From Camelus ferus (taxonomy: Eukaryota), in NCBI RefSeq assembly GCF_009834535.1, contig NC_045697.1, forward strand, positions 94,800,001 to 94,864,000: a stretch of DNA of 64,000 nt. The letters are read 5' to 3'. Numbering within the stretch: the first letter of the stretch is position 1; each line of letters begins with the position of its first letter. The translations under genes and the position numbers were made by a program. A model generated the notes under the pieces. That model was not told the origin of the DNA. It worked only from the letters and a program-made list of their open reading frames with translations, and made no database searches. Shown here piece by piece: positions 53,716-64,000 of this stretch.

Positions 53716-56700
53716 AGTTATTTTTTATAGCTAAGATTTGCTCAAGTAATTCAAATTAAATCATATCCACTTATGCTTGATGATGATTTTGCTAGTCATG
53801 TAAGATTATTTTGGTTTTTGTTATTTTGTTATTTATATGAAATATTTTATTGCAGTTCAATTCTTAATTCTTTCAGAAATGTGTTGAACTAAAGTGCTGT
53901 AGATCTGTCCTCAAGTGTGATCCACATATAATGGAAATAAAAAGTTTATCTAAGAACACTGGTGTTGGAGCTTTCCAAAATACTTTAGAACATCTATCAA
54001 ATTCTGACTTTCATTCAGAATTGAGAGTATTTTAAAGTTAGTAGTTCTGGATGGCTTACCAAGAGAAATAAAGTTTGAAGCGTCTTTAGTTAACACTTCA
54101 AGTTGAAAAGTGAATGATGCATCAATTTGTGCTATGCTTGGATAACTTGTCCAAATTCAACAAGAAACAGAATGTGAATAGCTGCAAAGAAAATTTTTCA
54201 AAGGATCTTTCAGCTATGTTGTCTTTAGCTCAACATGGCAAGTGCTAAATAAAATCTTTGTGTCAAGCAAAATATATCCTGTCATCCACTTACTCAGTAA
54301 TTGTACTAATCATGCAACATTTATCAAAACACAGGCACCAGCTTATGCGTGTGCACACATGATCTCTAAAAACCCACAGTACTTTACATATGCTCTCAAA
54401 GTCTTTGAAGTCATTAAACTCTGCTTCTTCTAAGTGTTTAGGACAACAGTCCAATGAAGACTGCTCCCAGTTCACCTGCTGACACTGTAATGTGCACCTT
54501 ATTTTGTGTGCAACTCAGCTACCAGCATTGAGAAAGAAATCCTTGTTTTCAGGAAGTTTCTTTTTTAACATTTGTTTGGCAATAGTTATGACAAGTTATC
54601 TTTGCTCCAGTTTATTTGATGTTAGCAGTTTTTGCATGTATATGAGGAGCAATAGCAAAAAATACTTATTAGAATTACATAATCATGACTCATCCTTCCA
54701 TTTTCATTATGCTTTACATATTACTGAGAAAAGAAATTTAAAGTTAAATTTGCTTTAAACATTTCTGATAAAGAACGCTCTGTTTTTACAACACGTAAGT
54801 CCCAGAAAACTGAGCCATTAAAGGTCACATGTAAAACTATAACCACAATCTTCATAACTAATTGCTCATTCAGAAGTAAGCTTCATAAAACCAACTCTTC
54901 TAAGAGTCCAGTAAGTTTTTTTCTTAATGTTTCTCAATATTCCTCATTGAATGATATTAAAACAATGACTTTTAAAAATTAGACATAAAGGTTAAACTTA
55001 GAAAATTACGATTTTAAATTAAAAATAATATCTAATATGTACAAAATCTTAATATCAGAAGTAATTGCAAACATAACTTTTTTATTCAAGGCTCAGATGT
55101 CAAATGATATATTCTACTCACTTATATTTTGAATTGTATTCTTTCATATTTTTGTTTTATTCAACCGATATCTAAATATAATTTTTCTTTACAAGAAGGA
55201 TAGCAGTATGTTAAGCACTAATTTGTTATTTACTTATACAAATTTGAGTCAGTACTCAGCATTTATTAAATATTATACATTGTACTTGAGAAAGAACATG
55301 CATTTGGATTTCCAATCCCAGCTTTGCCCCTTGGCCCTTGTTACTTTAAGCAAGTTAGTTTTAACATCCCCATGACTCAGTTTCCTCACTAAAGCTTTTT
55401 TAAATCAGCTAGTACATTTGAAACACTGGCAAATAAAATGACTGCCTCTGTTCATTTATGTATATAAGGTCTGGAAATAACAGCATAAAGTACTTAGACA
55501 TAAGATTCTGTTTCATTAATCATGCTTAAGATCCTTATGTATATATATACTAATCTAAACTAAATATAAACTTTTATTCAGTAAATGATAGATGCTAAAA
55601 CCAAACCGTTGAACCCATTTACCATTACCCAAAGCAATATGACATCTGCATCAGCTTGCAGCCCAAACTGCACCCCATATACCATCTTCTGTTCAAATAG
55701 AAAAAATTAAATCTTTGGAAAAATATCTTTAGCTGGGTTTCAACTAATCTTTTCAGGCTATACTACCATACTGTGAATGATTTCATGTTTTTTTAATGTG
55801 TGGATTAACAATTGAATTCTAGACTACTCATTTCTCCATAGTGTGATATTTTTAAAATGCAGTTTTGTGGACATCACTCACAGAAAATCCAATTCATTAG
55901 ATTTTAGGTGGTTCCTGGGATGTAGAAAAATCTGATGGCTAATTTGGGGGCTTTTCACCTAGAAACCATAAATGTGTTAGCTGATTGTTTATGCAGTAGA
56001 AATATTTCACACATCCTAGATATTAATGGATTTTCTTCAACATAAATAGGCATGAAGTTTTTGCTTATTTAATTAGTTTTTGTTTTTGTTTTTGTTTGTA
56101 AAGGTTCTTGGGAAGAGTGATACAAATTTGTGTCATCCAAAGGTAAGTCTACAGGAGGTAACAAAAAGCTATCATGAATAATTATTATCTTCAAATTTTG
56201 TGAGATTAGACCATAATCATCAGCCCTTAGATTCTGATAGAGTTTAGAAAATGTAAATGGGAACCTCAAAGAGGATTAACATTTTGAAATATGAAAATGA
56301 AGCAAGATGAAATTTATTCTTTATTCAATTTTTAAAAGGAAAAACTGCAGGACAATTTAAATAGTCTTCAAGTATGGGGGAGATGGGAGATTAAGGCTTT
56401 ACTCTCTGAATCTTAACTTGTCTCATTATGAAGTGGTAAAATTAAAATAGGTAAGCAATACAATGTAAATGAACAAGTGAAGGGACTTTGTGTTTTTCGC
56501 CCCTATAGCTCCAGAACCTAGTAAATGTATAATGTATCATATGTTCTTAATAAATATTTATTGAAAAAATGAAACTATATATACTAAAATAAATGGTTCC
56601 AAATTTGTCCAATGTGAGTTAAGGAGAAAAAATACATTTGTCCTACATTTTGGGGATTTTGTTTCTAGCCTAGTCTCTTCTAAGAGAGAGTAATACAATT

Positions 56701-57429
56701 ATTAGTTATTTTACTGACATTATCAGAAAAACTTAAAATAAATTTAATATTATGTGTTTGTTTTTTCAAATTATTTTTCCAGTCTTTCATTGAAAGTTAC
56801 GAGATAAAGGTTCAGAGGAGATACATATTTACATATATTTATTTATATTTACCAACTTTGTATATTTATTGTGCGTTTCAAAAATTTGAATGTCATCATT
56901 GACATTTAAAAATATATTCAATAGTGTCATTTGAATAAAATATTTAAGCCAACACATTTACATTTCCCTAAATATTAACTTTTATTAAGTAAACAAAATC
57001 TATATACATATTGTTACAGTTTCTATTGAAATCAGTAGAATTTAACATTTAAACCTATGCAGAAACTATTGAAGGACACCAATAAATCCCACATGCCCCA
57101 AATGACAGTCCTCTGATTGGCCACAAGAATTCTTGAATTCTTTCATTGGCATTATTATTGGCATTCTTTTTTGAAAATTTGTGCATTTTACCTAGGTTAA
57201 TCACTAGAACCCTCTCTAGGAATAACATATATTGGTTTGCTTCTGGTCTATTAGTGTTGACTCTCACCCAACAGACCAGAAAGCTGAGGGAAAGCGAAGA
57301 CAGGAATGTGTGTAGACAGCTCTGTGCAGGGAGAAGAGGGTAGTATCGCTGCTAAAGGCTCACTATACAAATGGCTCCCTCCTCTCCCTTGCTGCCCAGG
57401 GCAAGCGCGAGTTTTGTTTATCTGTATAA

Positions 57430-57530
57430 ATCGGTGTGCTAGCACATGTTTTAACACCTGGCTCTCTGGAAGATAAGCCCTGATTTGTAGTGTTTGCCAA
57501 CTTCCAATGTGAAAATATTCTCACTATTTT
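57430..57530. mobile_element. MER63-like hAT fragment
   Basis: GTGTGCTAG...GGCTCTCTGG...AAGCCCTGATTTGTAGTGTTTGCCAA. Confidence 0.55.
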
Positions 57531-58439
57531 TCCATGTTAGCCACTGTCAAGCAAGCTTACTTAAATTATGGACTGTTCTTCTACAGACTATTGTTTAATG
57601 TCTGTTTCTTACACTACAGTATAAATATTAAGCCCCACAGTGGCACAATATAGACAACAAAAGAAGAAACAAATTTCACTGTTAGAAAAGTAGAATTCCA
57701 ACTAAGTGATCGTACATAAACCTTATTATTTTACAGTAATGTTGCCTTGAAGGTATGACTAAAAGAAATATAATTCTAGAAAAATATCCTGCAAAACCAG
57801 CAGTGCCTGAAGGAGACAGTGATTAAGAAATCCAGAAGAGACTACACTATAGAATTTCCTACATATTAACTATAATAAATGTTTTCATTCAAGGAAAAAT
57901 GTTAGAAAGAAAAAAAAAACAAATAATCATTGAGCTGAGAACAGGTAGACCATTTTTTAGCTGGGAGCAAATATGTAATACAGAGATATAAATCTCTCCC
58001 AAAGGGTGTTGAATGATGAAATCCCTTGGGGGTAAAGTGTACCAGCGGCAATTTACTACCCCACATAAAGTGCTGCGTTGCGTATTTTTAACAAATAGTT
58101 TCTAAAAAGTTCAGACTTGGGTGAATGAAATGAGAAGAGAGTAAGGAAATGGAGGTTATATTTCCTTAGTGTTTGGTACAATTTATTATCTTTACCCAAA
58201 GTACAATGGTTTTCTCTTTATCACCTTTGTTGAAAGATATTATTAAGAAAGTTCTGGAGAGACAAAAAAAATGTAGGTTTTGAAAAATCACATTAGCTTG
58301 AAATCTAGTCTAAATTATTTGCTTTGTTACTTTGGCAAAATTGCCTAACGTCGCTGAAGTTCCATTTCCTTAACTATAGAGTATGACAACGATAATCGCT
58401 ATATGGTATGTTCCTTCTTTTTTTCGAGTTATGATAATA

Positions 58440-58630
58440 ATTTTATAAACCTTTCTCATTATGTTTTCAAACAATGAGAGATCCAGGAACTATTTTGCCA
58501 ACTGTAACAGATGAAAAATCTGGGACACAGAGCAGCTAAATTCCTTACTGAACGTCACAGAGCAAACAAGTGGCATAGAAGAGCTTGAATTCAGGGATCT
58601 GATTACTTATCTCAGGCTCTTAATCCCCTC
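58440..58630 (-). mobile_element. MIR SINE
   Basis: ACAGATGAAAAATCTGGGACACAGAG...GTCACAGAGC...AAGTGGCA...CTTGAATTCAGG. Confidence 0.6.
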
Positions 58631-60649
58631 CCTTATCTGATAATATTTGCTAGAGAATTAAATGGATGTGAAATGCTAGCATCGTGCTTAGTACCTGGTA
58701 GGAGATTAATAACTACTGAATAGTTTCTATATTTCTAAAGGTTCTATGCTGAAAGAATGCATAGCATTTTTACTTTAAATAATCATCATAAATATTCTGC
58801 TGGCCATTTTCGGTCTTGTTCATAAGCTTCCTTATGGGTCGGGGTAGAGAAAAAGCAAAAGAATTAAGAGAGAAATAGAGGGAGAAAGAGAAGAAAGTTC
58901 CAAACTGAACTTATATAAATAGCAGGATCTGTCCTTCAGCACCAAGCCTGCTATTAAACTAAATAGGTGCACACTGGATGCACATTGATTTTTACTGTCA
59001 CCTTCTACAAACTATGATTGAGTAATAGATGAGTATTTGCATAGAGCACTATATTCCATCATTGGCATGTCAGCCCTCAGTGCTGACTAAGTGAATTGTG
59101 TTGCTCACTGATTAACCTGAAATAAAGAGGACGATCATTTCCATCAACATTTATCAGAGCTCTGTGGTTCAGGCTAAATGGTTGGTGCCACAACTATTCT
59201 TGGAGGGAGTTCTAGAAATTCCAATTTATAAGCAGAATTAGTTTCCTAGGCTTTTTTTTTTTTTTCAGATTTGGATTGTTGAGTATATTTCCGGATAGCT
59301 TCTGCAGAGTATTTTCAAGTACATTTGATGAAAACTCCATCTTGATGTAAAAAAATACCTTGGTATTTCTACGAAGAACTGAATTTTGCCCTTTTGTTTT
59401 CATGATCATTTTATAGTAACAGAGTTCTCAAAATAGTTAGCAAAACATTTGCATGTTGTGTTGTTTTGGGGGGAACAGGAATAAGGAAATAAGACCAACA
59501 AGGATTTGCATATTTGCTAACAGCTAACAAAAGATAAAACACAGAACATGATTTCGACTACTAAGAAACTATTTTCTTCTAATCTTTTCCTGAATGCCTT
59601 ATTATACATGGATTGTATGCCTATTTTGAAAGCAAAAGTAAGGGTCATAATAGGAGAGTTTCTGGAAATGGGAAGTTGGGGGTCCACAGATTCTTAACAA
59701 TAAAAGATCTGTATTTCAGACAAAACAATGCACACAATTAGAATCACGAAGTTGAGAATATTTCTCCAAAATTAACATAGCATGATAGTCAATGATTCAC
59801 TAAATTAAAGCCTTGTGTGGTAACTTTTGGATATTTTTTTCTAGTATAATTTACTTAACTCTTTTGGTACTTTTTCCCCTTAAACCATATGAAAAATTCC
59901 TTTCTTTATTCCTGGAAGACACATCAACAAAAGTTTCAATTCATTTATTGAGAACCACAAAATGTAAAACCAAGGGTCCGTAGAGATTATCTAATGGTTA
60001 GATCCTTGTTCAATTTTCACAAACTATGTATTCCACAACAAACTTGATGTTAGTGTTTTGATAAGGAGGCCTGGTTTATGATGACAAATGGGAGCTAAAA
60101 GTCAAGATCAGTGACAGCAGAGATTGAAAAATGGTGGGAATCATGGTACAAAAGAGAGCATTTGCCCATCTGAATAGGACAGTTATACTCAGGGCTTGTC
60201 AATTATTTGACAATTCAGATTCAAGCTATCCATTGTGGGAGAAGCTGATCAATACTTCTCTTATTAGTAAGATGCTGTGTTGTGTTAGACTGATCTCAGT
60301 ACAGCTTTAAATACACTATAGAGAGTAACCCCACACATTAAAAAAATTCTAACTTAGAGTAAACCTAAAATTCTCCAAAACTTAAGAGGAAAAGTCATGT
60401 TTTCTATACATAACAGATTTTAACTTTAAGAATTCCCTAGGAATGCCCGCTAAATAGACCACTACTATATAAAATACTACTAAATAGAATATATATAAAT
60501 ATTCCAGTATAAAGTTGTGGTATATTCTCATTTTGTTCTTGAATAAGTAAGAAAGTCAATATTTAATATCTAATTATAAATCAGTTTAAAAGTAGTTTTC
60601 TTTTAATATAAGAAAACAAAAAACAAAATTCACAATTGAATAATCCCTG

Positions 60650-60855
60650 TGCTAATAGTTCGAGAATTTAAGTTATATTCTGTATACTGTCCTAAGTATT
60701 TTACATGCATTATTTTACCTAATTCTATAAGAACCCCTGGAATTGGTTCCATTTTTACCTCCAATCTATGTATGAGGAAACTGAGGCCCAAGTAAGACAA
60801 GTGACTTGTCTTAAGACAGGAGACTAGTAAAGTTCTAGACTAGAACTCGAGCCTG
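60650..60855 (-). mobile_element. MIR SINE
   Basis: ATGAGGAAACTGAGGCCCA...AAGTGACTTGTCTTAAG. Confidence 0.65.
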
Positions 60856-61089
60856 CTCCCTCTCATCTATCCCCTCGACCCTCCCCCTCCACCCTCATCT
60901 CTCCTCTCCGTCCTTTCCCCAATTTAACATTATTCATATTATAGACACATACTTGCACCTTGTTTTTACACATGATGTTGAATTTCAGAACTATCTTCTA
61001 TCAACATATTCAGACCTACCTTACTTCTTACATCTACCTAATATTATGGTGGATGAAGTGTTATTCGCATAATTCACCACCCATTCAGA

Positions 61090-61330
61090 GAAGCAGCTTA
61101 GTATGGTGCTTCAGCACACAGACGCTACAGTCAGACTCCTGGGCTTCAAATCTTAGGACTGCACTCACTATGTCGTTACTGTACTTAGTAACTCTATGAC
61201 CACAGTCTAAAACGGGGCTAATAATTGCAAGTACCTTACAAATTCATATGAGACTTAAATGAATTAATGTCTCAAAGTCATGTAGAAGACAGTCTAATGT
61301 TATTAATAATCTACATAAAGATTATAAATA
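61090..61330 (+). mobile_element. MIR SINE
   Basis: CAGTCAGACTCCTGGGCTTCAAATC...ATGAGACTTAAATGAATTAATG. Confidence 0.6.
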
Positions 61331-62940
61331 AATATTGTGGAGTCTTGCTCATTTCTAAGGTGCTGATACTATAAACAATGCGCATTCATCAAAAGATATA
61401 GCAGTTCTAATTTTAACATTGCCACGTGATACACCTAAAAGTGTGCCTCCTTACACGAGGAGCATTATCAACATTTTTATATTGGTTAATTTTTAGGGGA
61501 AAAATGAGGTCCCATTTTAAATTTCATTTATTTACTTACGAGTGAGGTTAAGGGACTGTTGAGATGTTTGTTGATCTTTTACATTTACAGTATAAAAATT
61601 ACCAGATCTATCCTTTCTCACTATTACAATAGATTGCTTCTCTTTTTCTTAATGTTTTAATGAATTTGTACCTTATTTCTCCCAATTTATTCTTCATAGT
61701 TTTACTGCAGTTATGTGTTTTCTACTAAATTTTTCAATGTGCTTCATTTGTAAAATCTCATGTATTGACTCAAAGAAGAACTCAAAGAATTTGAAAGTGT
61801 TTTACTAAAGGTTTTAAAAATTTTATTTCCTAGTAATTATATATATTAAATAACCCTATTATTTATACAAAATACTTTATAGAACTTAATTGGTCATACA
61901 TTGTATTTTAATGTACTGGTCATATATAATCAAGTAATTTCAAAAGTCTATTATTTTATACCCAAACTCCTTAAAATAAAATTCATTTTTTGAAAGGAAA
62001 ACTATTAATTGAAATAAATTACTTTACTTCAGTTTCTTTTATTCTTAACACTATAAAAAATAAAATAATTCTCTTTTAAGGAAGCCAAAACTGTGGATGA
62101 AATATTTGGATATCAAAGAGGATAATGTATTCTTTTCTTTTCTCTAAAATGATAAAATAACATTACTCAGCTGAAAATTAAATGTATTACAAACTGTTCT
62201 GGTCATTTTTCACTTGTCAATGAGGCATTAGACACTGCATTATTTTATTAGCATCTGTTATCGCTATTCTACAATACTTAGGTTCCAAATAATTCTTTTT
62301 TGCAGTTGACAGAAAATGCTATTATTCTCTGAAAACAAATGAAAATTGCAACTTTTTGACATGAATGTATTGTGATCATACGTATGCTTTCTCCTGTCTT
62401 TCACTGATACACTCCTCCTCTGCACTGTATTAGCGGAACACAGGAGTAGAGTGATCTGATGTTTATGAAGCGTAATATGAAGGACAATCAAAAGACTTGC
62501 TTGTGATGTAGTCAGCACTAACTGAAGCTACAACAGATCTCCTTATTTGAAATGATATTTCTACTGTTATACAGGGCAACACTATGGTAAATAATGTATT
62601 GAAACTGTCCCTAAAACCACTCTAAAAATACACAAGATGTTATAGAATATCTCAAAGTCATATACTTAGTTAATAGCTAGAAGTGAAAACAGATCGTGCC
62701 AGATTATGAGATATTAAATGAAACAATGAGCATCCATGTATCAAAATGAAATTTTTTAGTACAAAATTCCAGTATCAGAGAGATTATAGATGTCAGAGGA
62801 GAATCAAGTAAATAATTATTAGAGTAAGGCAACAATGTGGAACTAAGAACCAAGGTATGAATATGAAATGGAACTTAGAAAAGTAAACTATGACAAAACA
62901 AAGAAGACTGGGCCACATTAAAAAAATATATATATACACT

Positions 62941-62968
62941 CACACACACACACACACACACACACACA
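62941..62968. repeat. (CA)14 microsatellite preceded by (TA)n
   Basis: Direct reading. Confidence 0.95.
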
Positions 62969-64000
62969 TTAAACAGTCTAAATGTTATAAAACAGATGAA
63001 CTTTAAAAGACACAAGCTAGCAAATGTGCTTTGTATAAAACAAATTTCAAACTTAGAAACTGGATTAAGTACAGCACACATTTAATGCCAACAAAATGTT
63101 GTATGCTATAACAAAGGTCCAGATTTCTAAAATCTAAAATGTAGAGAAAAATCTTAAAATACTATTTGTGCTTTAACTCTTCATGTTAGGGTAGCCATGC
63201 TTTTGTTTTCATTTGTTTTTAAAAATCTTGTTTGCTGAGTTCTATTTCTTGCTTCATTATTTTGATATACTACCTATTAATTTGTAATAATAATTTAATT
63301 TATAGTCTCCCAGTTGAAATAGGGATGCATTTTAAAATAAGTTTTTTAAAAAGAAAGAAAAGGGAAAGTGAAAAAAGTCTGTCTACAAGGAGTTTACTCT
63401 CTATTGAGGAATGTTTGTATGTGTTTCTATTAAAAAATTCATAAATGCTCTAATGTCTTATGTACTATTTTATTATATTATGAAGGTAATATAAGATCAT
63501 TATAAAAATTGGAAAATATAGAAATAAAGAGGAATACCACACACATTTCTACAATCTGAAGTCAGTCAATCTTTTATTGTTCTTTTATAGTTTTCTAAAA
63601 TGCTAGAAAAATCTCAAAATAGGGACGTACAAGGCACAAGAGAGTCACTTCTTTTGACTGAAAGGCTAATGAATGCTAATAAGGGAGACAGGTGAGCTGT
63701 GTCATACCTGGCAGACAAGGGAGGGAAAACCCTGCAGACAAACAAATAAAAAGTTTGTGAAAATACCAAGGGAGAAATAATATCCAGCATAAGGCAATTG
63801 TAATTACTTCAGGTTAGTCTATCTATAATTTGCCAGATGAGGAGTTGCAGTAAATAAGGCCTGCACTGGGAAGGGGAGATGGATGGAGACTTCTACTTGC
63901 CAGACTAAGAAACCTGGACTCTATTCTTTGACTTAACTGAAGCTGTTGATGAATACTTAGTAGAGGAGTATCATATTCAGATGATTGTTTTAGGCTTATC

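Noticed and set aside
62290..62530. Possible exon after TTCTTTTTTGCAG
   Set aside because: No sustained recognisable reading frame or matching donor; cannot be supported without RNA or homology data
1..64000. CRISPR array, retron, or other prokaryotic RT/defence system; host protein-coding gene
   Set aside because: Sequence is mammalian; the only RT is L1 ORF2; there is no repeat-spacer array; remaining ORFs are short and low-complexity. Small exons cannot be excluded by eye

Overview
AT-rich, CpG-depleted mammalian genomic DNA (intergenic or deep intronic). It is probably camelid, inferred from a vic-1-type tRNA-derived SINE. I can support no host protein-coding exon, RNA gene or CRISPR array. 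The dominant feature is a full-length, fairly young but inactivated LINE-1 (28761-35871, + strand). It has an exact 16-bp target-site duplication, a ~1.67 kb CpG-island 5' UTR, a frameshifted ORF1, a ~400 bp inter-ORF spacer and a multiply disrupted ORF2. The rest is a typical eutherian repeat landscape: two ERV1-type solo LTRs with 4-bp TSDs, older ERVL/MaLR LTRs, truncated L1 3' ends, L2, MIR, hAT MITEs and microsatellites. I found no convincing new biological system. The most interesting signals are in the L1 architecture: an ATG-initiated inter-ORF ORF overlapping the ORF2 start, a 59-bp degenerate tandem array in the 5' UTR and a YADD RT motif. Repeat subfamily names come from recall of consensus sequences, not from a database search, and boundaries of old repeats are approximate.
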